DNA of 64,000 nucleotides, taken from contig CAYYTK010000017.1 of assembly GCA_964474695.1 (NCBI GenBank), positions 25,572 to 89,571 on the forward strand, in the 5' to 3' direction. Below are positions 43,493 through 53,161 of the stretch, in pieces. The DNA is from an uncultured Anaerolineales bacterium (GTDB lineage Bacteria; Chloroflexota; Anaerolineae; CG2-30-64-16). A program made the position numbers and the translations under genes. Below the pieces are notes generated by a model. That model made no database searches and was not told the DNA's origin. It saw only the letters and a list, made by a program, of their open reading frames with translations. The stretch's first letter is position 1. Every line of letters starts with the position of its first letter.

Positions 43493-44779
43493 ATGAGTAA
43501 GCATTCCGACCACCATTACGATGTCTTCATCAGCTACAGTCACCAGGATACAGACTGGGTCTGGCAGTACCTTCTACCGCGCCTGGAGGGCGCAGGGCTG
43601 CGCGTCTGTATCGATCGACGTGACTTTGAGATCGGCACGCCAACGCTGGTGAATATGGAGCGTGCGGTGGACCGCAGTCGGCACACCCTCCTCGTTTTGA
43701 CGCCAGCATGGGTTGAAAGCGAGTGGGCGGACCTCGAAAGCCTGCTCGGCGGCACGGGCGACCCTGCTGGCAGGCGTCGCAAGCTCTTCCCGATCATGCT
43801 CAAGGAATGCACGCCGTCGTCACGCATATCAATACTGACCTGGGCCGACTTCACACAACCTGACGAGCACGTGGATCAATTCCAGCGTCTTCTAGAGCAA
43901 CTCCGCGACTCGGTGGAACCCGCCCATCCCCCAGCCGAAGACACCTCCCCGTTTGTCGCAGGCCCGCCGATCATGCGTCCCCGCGGCTTCTTTGGTCGGG
44001 AAGGGGAAATCAGGCGCATCTTTGGCCTCCTTAGGCAGCCACCACTCCAGAACGCGGCGATCATCGGACCACGACGCAGCGGCAAGACATCCCTCCTACA
44101 GTACCTCAAAAACATCACGGCCACAGCGACAACGCAACTGCGTTCAGGTCAGCGAAGTGACTGGTTGCCGCAGCCCGAGCGCTACCGTTGGGTCTTCGTA
44201 GATTTTCAGGATCCGCGGGTAGGTACACAGGAAGGATTGCTGCGCCATCTACTGACCGGACTATGTTTGACTGTTCCGAAACCCTGCAATCTGGAGCAGT
44301 TCCTGGACATCATGTGTGGAAATCTCAACCGCCCCGCCGTGATCCTGCTGGACGAGATCGGGGCAGCCTTACAGCGTTACCCTGAGCTGGACGATACGTT
44401 CTGGGAGGGATTGCGCTCTCTGACTAGTTGCACGGGAGGGAGCAATCTCGCCTTCATTCTGGCTTCTCATATCTCTCCCATTGAGTTAGCACACAACAGT
44501 GGGCACAGCTCGCCCTTCTTCAACATCTTCGGGTACACGTCCACTCTGGGGCCGTTAGCGGAGGCCGAGGCGTGTGCTCTCATCGCGAGCTCCCCGATCC
44601 CGTTTCCGACCGAGGATGTAGCGTGGATCCTGGAGCACAGCGGGCGCTGGCCGCTGCTGCTGCAGCTCCTGTGCCGGGAACGCCTGGTAGCCCTGGAGGA
44701 GGGTGAGACCGGCATCGGTTGGCGCGAGGAGGGTCTGCGGCAGATCGCTCCCTTCGGGCATCTGTTGGAGGCAGCATGA
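43493..44779 (+). CDS. TIR - ORC/Cdc6-like (Arch_ATPase-type) AAA ATPase
   Basis: TIR: YDVFISYSHQDTDWVWQYLLPRLEGAGLRVCIDRRDF, LLVLTPAWVESEWADLESLL, LFPIMLKEC. ATPase: FFGREGEIRRI, IIGPRRSGKTSLLQYL, VILLDEIG. I start at the ATG at 43493 rather than at 43367 as in the track. Confidence 0.8.
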   Translation: MSKHSDHHYDVFISYSHQDTDWVWQYLLPRLEGAGLRVCIDRRDFEIGTPTLVNMERAVDRSRHTLLVLTPAWVESEWADLESLLGGTGDPAGRRRKLFPIMLKECTPSSRISILTWADFTQPDEHVDQFQRLLEQLRDSVEPAHPPAEDTSPFVAGPPIMRPRGFFGREGEIRRIFGLLRQPPLQNAAIIGPRRSGKTSLLQYLKNITATATTQLRSGQRSDWLPQPERYRWVFVDFQDPRVGTQEGLLRHLLTGLCLTVPKPCNLEQFLDIMCGNLNRPAVILLDEIGAALQRYPELDDTFWEGLRSLTSCTGGSNLAFILASHISPIELAHNSGHSSPFFNIFGYTSTLGPLAEAEACALIASSPIPFPTEDVAWILEHSGRWPLLLQLLCRERLVALEEGETGIGWREEGLRQIAPFGHLLEAA

Positions 44780-47550
44780 CTTTGCCAGATGCGGCCCGCA
44801 ACGTCTATACCGATGCACCCCAAATCCATTCCAACTGGATCCTCGGCAGCCTCCAATTGTTCTTTTGGCTCTTCGTACACCCATCAGCCTGGCGTCACCA
44901 TGTGGCCCGTATTGACCCCAATCTCCGTCCCGATTTCGCACTAACCGAATTGAGCAGAGATCACTGGCGCAACCCGGTCCTGCGTCGACTGCTGATCACA
45001 GGGCACCTGGTTTGGCCTCTCGTGACCGGTATTGTGGTCGGCCTTGCTCTATGGGCATCAGGTCGGTCAGATGAAAACGTGGCCTTCGGATTGGCGTTCG
45101 GAATGGTGTTCAGCATAGTGTTCGGTCTGGCAGTCAGCCTGGCAGGCAGCGTGGCGGGCGGCGCAGCAGGCGGCGTGGCGGGTGGTTTCGCGTTCGGCAT
45201 GGCGCTCCCCTTAATGGGCGGCGTGGCATACGGCGTGGTAGGCGGCGTGGCGGGCGGTGTGGCGGGTGGCATCATTGGCACCATCGCGGGACGGGCATCA
45301 ATATCTTCCAACACCAGGTTGTTGAGCAGTATCGTGTTCGGGATCGGGGTGGGGGGCGCTGCGCTCGTTACGGTAGCCTACACGCCGTTCTCTATCCCTA
45401 AGTTCGATACAGGAAGCTTAGCGGGTAGCATGGCAGATTACACATCAGTCGTTATGAAGTATGCCATAGTAGTGGCTTTTGCGGGCTGGTTACACACGCA
45501 CAAGTGGAAAGCAACCGTGACGGGCGGGCTGGTATTCGGCGTGACGGTTGGCGTGGCAAGCGGCGTCGCATACAATATAATGGGTCACGCGACGAGCGGT
45601 GTCACGTATAACGTGATGGGTGGCGAGGATATCGGCATGACAGTGGCAGCGTTGTCAGCAACGCTCTTCTTGTCTGCCTTCGCGGCCGCCGAACGAGTTG
45701 GAGGAACCTGGTCTGGAGCAATAGCGGGCGCATTGACAATCGGTGGTGCCTGGACACTGGCCACCGTTCGAGAGACCGGAGTCGGCAGTCCAGCCTGGAT
45801 TGTACTCGGTGGTTTGATGGGTATTAGCCTGGGCTTGATGCAGGCCCGTTGGCGCCCTCCGTTGTTCTATCCCCTGACAGCCGCGTGGAACACGCTACTC
45901 TATCAGACTGACCAACGACGCTGTGCCAGCCATCCCGGTCTACTGCGTTGGCACTCGGCCTTCTGGGACGAGCACCAGCGCCTGCGCCTGGCCGGATTGG
46001 ACGAGCACCTCGTTATGGTAGCGGAGCACGATCCCGCGGAAGCAGCTATTGCCATGGAATACTTGACGACCAGCCACCAACGCTGGGCCGCCCAGGCTGC
46101 ACAGATCGAGCTCGATGCGCGGCACCTGCAAAGCTGCAGACAAGTGGAAGCCATCGGACTGGCCTACCGCCGTTTGGCAGCCGGCGAACTGGAGGGCCCG
46201 GCCAGCGCGCTACTGCGCAGTTTCGGCCGCATCAGCCAGGATGCTAATGCAGCCCTGCGGCAGGAAAGCAACTACAACCAGCGCCTCGCGCTACGGGCCA
46301 TCGAGTCCGATCTGGATGGCCTGCTGCGGGATCTGACCCGCAGCAGTGACCGCTACGCCGTGCGCTTCACACCCATCGCGACGCAGTGGCGAGACGTAGT
46401 CGCCTGCCACGCTAAGAAGTTGGCCGAAGCGGCCGAACTGCGCCAGGGAATAGATTCGCCCTATGTGATCGGTGTGCCGCTTACCGATCAGCAGGAGATC
46501 TTCGTGGGACGCACCGATATCGGCCGCCGCATCGAACAGCTCCTGCTGGACCAGCGTCGACCTCCCCAGATCCTTTACGGGCAGCGGCGCACCGGCAAGA
46601 CTTCGCTGCTCAACAATCTTGGGCGCCTGCTGCCCAGCACAGTGATCCCTCTCTTTGTGGATTTGCAGGGGCCGGCAACCCAGACCAGCGACCACGCCGG
46701 CTTTCTCTTCAACCTTGCCCGTAGCATGACCGACTCGGCGCAACGGCAACGCAGCCTCGAGCTGCCGCCCCTGGATCGCGACAGCCTCACGGCGGACCCT
46801 TTCACCCGCTTCGACGAGTGGCTGAATGAGGTCGAAACGGCGTTGGGATCGAAGACCGCATTGCTCTCTCTGGATGAGTTCGAGGCATTGGATCGGGCGT
46901 TGACGCAGGGGCGTTTCAGCGACGCGGACGTGCTTGGCATGCTCCGCAATTTGATGCAGCACCGGCCCCACTTCAAGGTATTGCTGGCCGGCTCTCACAC
47001 CCTAGAAGAGCTGGAGCGTTGGGCCGGCTACCTCATTAACGTGCAGGTGGTGCACATCTCGTACCTGAAAGTGGACGAGGCGCGCAAGCTCATCGAGCAA
47101 CCGGTCGCGGACTTCGCCCTGCGCTACGAGCCGGACGCCAGCCAGCGCGTACTGGATCTCACCCGCTGTCATCCCTTCCTGGTGCAACTGCTTTGCGGGG
47201 AGATCGTGGCCTTGAAGAATGAGCAGGAGGTCGCCCTACGCCGGCTGGCGCGCTTATCCGATGTGGAAGCGGCCGCCCACGAAGCCTTGAGTCATGGCAG
47301 CTTCTTCTTCGCTGACATCGAGCGCAACCAAGTGGATGCGGACGGCCTCGCTATCTTGCGCGCCCTGGCCACACGAGGTGAAGGGGTAGCGATAAGTCGC
47401 CAACAACTGGCTAGCCAGCTCACCAATCCCGCGCTGAATGAGCGCAGCTTGGCATCACTCATTCAGCGCGAGTTGATTGAGCCGACCGATGAGGGATATC
47501 GCTTTCAGGTGGAGCTAATCCGGCGATGGTTTGCCAATCGGAGTAGTTGA
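44776..47550 (+). CDS. polytopic glycine-zipper membrane domain fused to the same type of AAA ATPase
   Basis: The start overlaps the previous stop (ATGA at 44776-44779). The N-terminal ~370 aa carries many TM segments rich in GGVAGG/GxxxG. The C-terminus has FVGRTDIGRRIE, ILYGQRRTGKTSLLNNL and LLSLDEFEAL. Confidence 0.75.
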   Translation: MTLPDAARNVYTDAPQIHSNWILGSLQLFFWLFVHPSAWRHHVARIDPNLRPDFALTELSRDHWRNPVLRRLLITGHLVWPLVTGIVVGLALWASGRSDENVAFGLAFGMVFSIVFGLAVSLAGSVAGGAAGGVAGGFAFGMALPLMGGVAYGVVGGVAGGVAGGIIGTIAGRASISSNTRLLSSIVFGIGVGGAALVTVAYTPFSIPKFDTGSLAGSMADYTSVVMKYAIVVAFAGWLHTHKWKATVTGGLVFGVTVGVASGVAYNIMGHATSGVTYNVMGGEDIGMTVAALSATLFLSAFAAAERVGGTWSGAIAGALTIGGAWTLATVRETGVGSPAWIVLGGLMGISLGLMQARWRPPLFYPLTAAWNTLLYQTDQRRCASHPGLLRWHSAFWDEHQRLRLAGLDEHLVMVAEHDPAEAAIAMEYLTTSHQRWAAQAAQIELDARHLQSCRQVEAIGLAYRRLAAGELEGPASALLRSFGRISQDANAALRQESNYNQRLALRAIESDLDGLLRDLTRSSDRYAVRFTPIATQWRDVVACHAKKLAEAAELRQGIDSPYVIGVPLTDQQEIFVGRTDIGRRIEQLLLDQRRPPQILYGQRRTGKTSLLNNLGRLLPSTVIPLFVDLQGPATQTSDHAGFLFNLARSMTDSAQRQRSLELPPLDRDSLTADPFTRFDEWLNEVETALGSKTALLSLDEFEALDRALTQGRFSDADVLGMLRNLMQHRPHFKVLLAGSHTLEELERWAGYLINVQVVHISYLKVDEARKLIEQPVADFALRYEPDASQRVLDLTRCHPFLVQLLCGEIVALKNEQEVALRRLARLSDVEAAAHEALSHGSFFFADIERNQVDADGLAILRALATRGEGVAISRQQLASQLTNPALNERSLASLIQRELIEPTDEGYRFQVELIRRWFANRSS

Positions 47551-50500
47551 GTGGAACAGCAGTACACTCACGATCTATTCATCTCTTGTGCCAATGCCGA
47601 TTTGGCATGGGTCGAGGGCTTTCTCCTGCCCGCGTTAAGCTTGCCAGCGGAACGCGTAATCACCTTCAGGCAATTCGTGCCCGGCGCGAGCTTGATCGCG
47701 GAGTTCGAACGCGCGGTTCGCGACAGCCGTTACACGATCCTCGTGCTCACCCCCGCGTACCTCGCCGATGTGTGGCCGCAGTTTGCTGCGGAACTCGCCA
47801 GCTTCACAAGTGTTGCTGAACGGCAGAACCGAATCATCCCGCTCTTGCGCGAGCCTTGTGAATTACCCCTGCACATTGATTTCCGCGTGGGCTTGGATTG
47901 TACAGCGGCAGCCAACTGGGAGAGCGAAATCGGACGCGCACGCGAACTGCTTGACCAACCCGAACCAAAGGCTGAACGAATCCCCTGCCCTTACCCGGGG
48001 CTGGCGCCGTTCAACGAACATGAGGCAGAACGCTTCTTTGGCCGAGAGGATGAAATCGCCGATCTGCGGCGCCGGCTGCGCTACCACAACTTCCAACTTA
48101 TCATGGGCCCGTCAGGCTCTGGAAAGTCATCTTTGGTCTTCGCTGGCCTGGTGTCAGACCTTCGAAAACACCAGCCTGGTCAGTGGACAGCGCGGGACAT
48201 CCGACCAGGCTCAACGCCCCTCGATGCATTGAACACCGCGGTCGGTGACCTGATCAACCTGGACACGCTTCAACCATCTGGATTGCAGACACCACGCTTC
48301 CTACTGATTGTAGATCAACTCGAGGAGATCTTCGTTCAGGTTGCACGGCCTGTGCAGAGTGATTTCATCGCTGCGCTGAAGATACTCCTACAAGTTCCCA
48401 ACTGCTCTATCGTCGCCACACTGCGAGCTGACTTTTACTCTGATTTGATGGACAGCGACCTCTGGCCGATTGATCCATCCCACAGACTGGAGGTGGTTCC
48501 GCTGCGAGGCGACGCGCTGCGACGAGCCATCCAGCAACCTGCAACAGATGCCGGTGTGTACCTGGAAAGCAGCCTATTGGAGCGTTTGTTAGCTGACGTT
48601 GCTGACGAGCCCGGTTCGCTGCCTCTGCTGCAGGAAACACTGGTGCTGCTCTGGGAAGGCATGGAGCGCCGTTTCTTATCACTTGCATCCTATGCAAAAA
48701 TGGGGGATGGCAAGCGCAGCGGGCTTGCCGTCTCTATGGCCACAAAAGCCGACTCAGTACTCGGCGCGCTGTCAGCCGAACAGCGCACCATCGCCCGGCG
48801 GATTATCATCAGGCTTGTCCAGTTCGGCGTGGGACGTCCGGACACACGACGCCAGCAATTTGTCAGCGATTTGATGAGCGCCGGTGACGATGAAGAGGCG
48901 TTCAGGAACGTGCTGGAGCATCTGGTCCGGAATCGTCTGCTAACATCGAACAGTGCTGAAGAGGCCAGGGACAGGGAGGTAGATATTGCTCATGATGCGC
49001 CGATCTGGGGCTGGCCCGGACAGCAAGCATGGATGAATAAACGGCGAGACGCTGAGCTGCACCGAAGAAGATTAGAGGAACGAGCAGAAGCCTGGGAGGT
49101 CCAACGCGCTGCGCTGCTTGACTCTGTGGAGCTTGCTAACGCACGCCGCTGGTCCGAGGATTACGCTGATGAGTTGGGTTGTAGTGCGACGCTCTTGGCA
49201 ATGATAGCGACCAGCGACAAGGTCAACCGCAGGAATGCCCGGCTTCGGCTTGCGGTCGCAACTGCGATTGTTATGCTTGTCATCGGCATATTGGCAACAA
49301 TTGCGGTTACCCAGTATCAACTGAACGATCAGCAGCGCAGCGCCGCGGCCACGGCGCAAGTGCTCGCCAATGCTGAGTCACACGCTCGAACCACGGCAGA
49401 AGCCGAGGCCCATGCCCGCGCGACCGAAGTTGCCATCAGGAGCGCAGCAGAGGCTGATGCGAAGATTCGAGCACAGGAAGCCCTGGCACGGCAACTGCTG
49501 GCTCAGGCCGAATCCCTCTACGCACGCGAACCGGGGCAGTATGATTTGGCGCTGTTGCTCGGCGTTGAGTCCATGAAACGGCTGAACTCGCCTGAAGGAA
49601 GTGATTTCCTCTATCGCGGCCTGAGCCTGTTGCCGAAGGCTACACAGACCATCACTCACAATTCCGAGGTCAAGAACAGGTTACTTAGCCCGAACGGGAT
49701 GTGGCTTGCCACCAGTAAACAGGATAATACCGTAGAGATCGTCAGCGTGGAAAATAGTAAGATTGTGGCAGCGATAACACCGGACACTCCTCCCAGTTCC
49801 ATGACTTTCAGCCCAAATGGTCGCTGGCTTGCAACGCTCGGCAACCCAATGCAAGTCTGGGATGTCATCACAGCCGAGGAACAGATACGTAGTAGTTTCC
49901 ACGTCAACTGGGATCGTATGGCCTTTGACCCTACCGGTCAGTTTCTTGCAGTGTCAGAGGATGCCCAAACCAGGGTCTATGACCTCACAGCCGGCGAACT
50001 GAGTACCGAGGTGTCGAGCGCCAAAGATGTGAGGGTCCTTGCGTTTAGTCAGACCGGCCGTATGCTTGCCGCGGCAACCGACAACGGTACATACATCTGG
50101 GATGCTGCAACTGGCGCCTCTCTCGTAACCCTACCTACACCTGAAAGAACTTATCGAATCATCTTTGACCCACTCGACGAACTGCTGATCACCGCGGAAG
50201 ACAACGGCACCATTTCCTTTTGGAACATAGACTCGGGTACGGTGCTGACTCGCACTAGACAACTTGAAAGCATCAATGACCTGGTACTCAGCCCTGACGG
50301 TCAATGGCTTGCAGCCGGAAGCTATGGTGGAATGCTCGCAGCTTGGGCGTTACCAGAAGGCGCAGCGAGCATTCATGTGCCGGATAGGCCAACCCTAATT
50401 GCTATGCCAGATCCAAATTTATGGACGAATATGCTCTCCTACTACTACTCTGGGTTTGAAGTAGTCTCCTTTAACCAGAACGGCACTATGCTGGCCACAA

Positions 50501-51828
50501 TCGGTGATGATGGCGTCACGCGCGTTTGGGACACGATGACCATGCGGGAGATCGCAAGAATTACTGATGATAGCGCCATTGACGGGGTAGCCTTCGCGCC
50601 CAATGGGATCCTGTTGATAACCACCAGTCCATTCCATACCAGAAGCTGGGACATCGGACTCAAGGTTGGCCCATCCATGATCTCAAAGAAAGAAGGCTAT
50701 TTTGAGGTAACTCTACGATCTGACGGGGAGCAGTTGGCCGCCACCATTGATCAACAAGTTCGCCTGTGGTCCACACGTTCATGGGGGAACCCAAGCGTGC
50801 TATCGGAAAGCAGAAACATTGAGGCAGTTGCCTTTGACCCCGCCTCCAACAAAATAGCGGTAGCAACAGCTACAGGACTACATATCTGGGATACTGCGGC
50901 CCAAACGATCACAGCCATAATCCCCAACAGCGCGAACATCAGTCAACTTGAATTCAGCCCGGATGGTAAATGGTTAACCGGCACTCAAGATAGGACGATT
51001 CGCGTCTGGGATGCGGAACATTGGAGTCCAGCAATTCAAAACGCATGCCCGGAGCCGAATGAGTGTTGGTTTGGGACTTTCAGTCCTGATGGTCGCTGGA
51101 TGGCGGTCAGGCTTCCCGAGGATCGCATTGCTCGTCTAAGCACTGCTTCATGGCAAGTTGTGTCTTCAGTCATCGCAAAAGGTCACATCACCGGCCTCTC
51201 GTTCACTCCCTCCGGGAATGAACTGATCGCCACGGCTCTGGGTTTCGCTAGTGAGAAGGACACCACTTCTCGAGATGGCACGCTTTCGTTGCATGTATGG
51301 AAGGGAATGAACGGCGACCATATGATCCTCGATAGAACCATCGAGTACACCGTCGGGCCAGAGGGCTTTATAGAATCACAGTTCAGCCCAAATGGCCGAT
51401 GGCTGGCGCTCATTCAGGAATCCACCGTGAGAATCCTAGATCTGACCACCATGAAAGAAGTAAACACTGTCTCTCACAAAAGCGGGAGGATCTATGGACT
51501 TGCCTTCAGCCCTGATGATGAACTCATTGCAACTGCGGGAACAGACCAGATAGTGCGCGTTTGGAAGGTGAGCACCGGCCACGAAGAAGCCAGATTCTCG
51601 CTTGATGGCATGGCATGGCTGGTGGGGTTCAGTGCCGATAACCATTCGCTTCTGATCAACAATTCAACCGCTGATTGGAGCTCGGGGCGCTTGCAAGCGC
51701 ACTATTGGCGCGGCGCTGATCTGATGCGAGAGACCTGCAGCCGCCTCTGGCGAAATCTAGCTCTCGAGGAGTGGTCAACTTACTTTGCCAGTGAGCCATA
51801 TCGACGAACCTGCGATAATTTGCCGTGA
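47551..51828 (+). CDS. TIR - STAND (nSTAND/NACHT-like GPSGSGKSS) - single TM - Ala/Glu-rich segment - degenerate beta-propeller protein
   Basis: The GTG start directly follows the previous TGA. TIR: HDLFISCANADLAWVEGFLLPAL, ILVLTPAYLADVWPQFAAELASF. Then CPYPGLAPFNEHEAERFFGREDEI, IMGPSGSGKSSLVFAGL and LLIVDQLEE. TM: RLRLAVATAIVMLVIGILATIAV. Next AESHARTTAEAEAHARATE, then WD40-like blades. C-terminus: TCSRLWRNLALEEWSTYFASEPYRRTC. Confidence 0.85.
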   Translation: MEQQYTHDLFISCANADLAWVEGFLLPALSLPAERVITFRQFVPGASLIAEFERAVRDSRYTILVLTPAYLADVWPQFAAELASFTSVAERQNRIIPLLREPCELPLHIDFRVGLDCTAAANWESEIGRARELLDQPEPKAERIPCPYPGLAPFNEHEAERFFGREDEIADLRRRLRYHNFQLIMGPSGSGKSSLVFAGLVSDLRKHQPGQWTARDIRPGSTPLDALNTAVGDLINLDTLQPSGLQTPRFLLIVDQLEEIFVQVARPVQSDFIAALKILLQVPNCSIVATLRADFYSDLMDSDLWPIDPSHRLEVVPLRGDALRRAIQQPATDAGVYLESSLLERLLADVADEPGSLPLLQETLVLLWEGMERRFLSLASYAKMGDGKRSGLAVSMATKADSVLGALSAEQRTIARRIIIRLVQFGVGRPDTRRQQFVSDLMSAGDDEEAFRNVLEHLVRNRLLTSNSAEEARDREVDIAHDAPIWGWPGQQAWMNKRRDAELHRRRLEERAEAWEVQRAALLDSVELANARRWSEDYADELGCSATLLAMIATSDKVNRRNARLRLAVATAIVMLVIGILATIAVTQYQLNDQQRSAAATAQVLANAESHARTTAEAEAHARATEVAIRSAAEADAKIRAQEALARQLLAQAESLYAREPGQYDLALLLGVESMKRLNSPEGSDFLYRGLSLLPKATQTITHNSEVKNRLLSPNGMWLATSKQDNTVEIVSVENSKIVAAITPDTPPSSMTFSPNGRWLATLGNPMQVWDVITAEEQIRSSFHVNWDRMAFDPTGQFLAVSEDAQTRVYDLTAGELSTEVSSAKDVRVLAFSQTGRMLAAATDNGTYIWDAATGASLVTLPTPERTYRIIFDPLDELLITAEDNGTISFWNIDSGTVLTRTRQLESINDLVLSPDGQWLAAGSYGGMLAAWALPEGAASIHVPDRPTLIAMPDPNLWTNMLSYYYSGFEVVSFNQNGTMLATIGDDGVTRVWDTMTMREIARITDDSAIDGVAFAPNGILLITTSPFHTRSWDIGLKVGPSMISKKEGYFEVTLRSDGEQLAATIDQQVRLWSTRSWGNPSVLSESRNIEAVAFDPASNKIAVATATGLHIWDTAAQTITAIIPNSANISQLEFSPDGKWLTGTQDRTIRVWDAEHWSPAIQNACPEPNECWFGTFSPDGRWMAVRLPEDRIARLSTASWQVVSSVIAKGHITGLSFTPSGNELIATALGFASEKDTTSRDGTLSLHVWKGMNGDHMILDRTIEYTVGPEGFIESQFSPNGRWLALIQESTVRILDLTTMKEVNTVSHKSGRIYGLAFSPDDELIATAGTDQIVRVWKVSTGHEEARFSLDGMAWLVGFSADNHSLLINNSTADWSSGRLQAHYWRGADLMRETCSRLWRNLALEEWSTYFASEPYRRTCDNLP

Positions 51829-51852
51829 TGGGCCTTCCCTGAGGACTGTGCT

Positions 51853-53157
51853 ATGTCTACCCTTGCAAACTACCACGCCTTAGTCGTCGGCATCGCTGCT
51901 TACCACCATTTGGGGCCACTCCCAGCAACCGTAGCCCAGGACGCCAAAGACACCTATGCCTTACTGGTTGCGCCTGATATCTGCGCCTACCCCGAGAAAA
52001 ACGTCAAGCTCATCCTGAACGACGAAGCAACCCTTGTTCGTCTGCAACAAGAACTAACCAAACTTGCAGAACGCTGCAGCGAAGACTCGACGATTCTTAT
52101 CTACTTTTCTGGCCATGGCGGCCGTATTTCTACCGGGCCGAACGCCGGCGAGTATCTCTTACCGGTGGACACGCGGTTGAGGCGGCGCGCAGACACCGAA
52201 GACGAAGTATACGAGCCAGCGCCAGAAACGACGCTCTCCGGTGCTGAGTTCACCGCCGCGCTACAGGCGATTCCGGCGCGCAAGGTCGTCGTGGTATTCG
52301 ATTGCTGCCACAGCGGAGGGATCGGACATGTCAAGGCCGGCATCGAGCCCGAGTTCAAGGCTGGCCTGCCGGAGAGCTACTACGACAAGTTGGCTGCCGG
52401 CCGCGGCCGCGTGATCCTGGCATCGTCACGCGAGACGGAGTCCTCCTGGGTGCTGCCCGGCGACGCCAACAGCCTGTTCACCAAGCACCTGAAGGCGGGC
52501 CTGGAGGGTGGCGCGCCGGGCAAGGATGGCCTAATCCGCATCTTCGAGCTGTTCGAGTACATTCACCCGAAAGTCACCGAAGCCCGTCCCGATCAGCATC
52601 CGGTGCTCCAGGTGAAGCTGGAAGAGAATTTCCCTATCGCCCTGTACCTCGGCGGCCAGAAGGCGCCGGCGCCCCCGCCTGAGCCGACCGCGGCAGACGA
52701 CTTCCGCTACGACGCCTACATCAGTTGGGTGCGCGCGCCGGCCGACACGGCCTGGATGCGGGACAAGCTGCTGCCGCTGCTCAAAAAGGCCGGGCTGCGA
52801 GTCGCCATGACCGGTCGCGTGGAGGAGCCGGGTGTGCCCGCTGTGGTCGGCATTCAGCGGGCTGTAGAACTGGCTAAACGCACAGTTGTTGTCCTTTCGC
52901 GTGCGTACCTCGAAAGTGGCTGGGCTGCGCTGGAGAGCATCGCCGCCCAGCATCTGAGCGTCGAAGAACGACGGGCCAGGCTGCTGCCGGTTGTGATTGA
53001 CGACTCACTGCTCGATTGGGAGCGACGCATGACCAGGGACGTACCCCTCGGTCTGCGCCAGCTTACGCCGCTTGACGTGGTAGACGGGTTCTTCGGCGAG
53101 GAGAATCTAACTCGTCTACCTGAGATTCTGAAGCAGCCCATTCCTGCAACGCGCTGA
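51853..53157 (+). CDS. caspase-like peptidase (C14 family) fused to a C-terminal TIR domain
   Basis: YHALVVGIAAYHH, catalytic His in ILIYFSGHGG, catalytic Cys in VVVVFDCCHSGG. C-terminal TIR: YDAYISWVRAPADTAWMRDKLLPLLKKAGLRVAM, VVVLSRAYLESGWAALESI, LLPVVIDD. Confidence 0.85.
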   Translation: MSTLANYHALVVGIAAYHHLGPLPATVAQDAKDTYALLVAPDICAYPEKNVKLILNDEATLVRLQQELTKLAERCSEDSTILIYFSGHGGRISTGPNAGEYLLPVDTRLRRRADTEDEVYEPAPETTLSGAEFTAALQAIPARKVVVVFDCCHSGGIGHVKAGIEPEFKAGLPESYYDKLAAGRGRVILASSRETESSWVLPGDANSLFTKHLKAGLEGGAPGKDGLIRIFELFEYIHPKVTEARPDQHPVLQVKLEENFPIALYLGGQKAPAPPPEPTAADDFRYDAYISWVRAPADTAWMRDKLLPLLKKAGLRVAMTGRVEEPGVPAVVGIQRAVELAKRTVVVLSRAYLESGWAALESIAAQHLSVEERRARLLPVVIDDSLLDWERRMTRDVPLGLRQLTPLDVVDGFFGEENLTRLPEILKQPIPATR

Positions 53158-53161
53158 TCCA

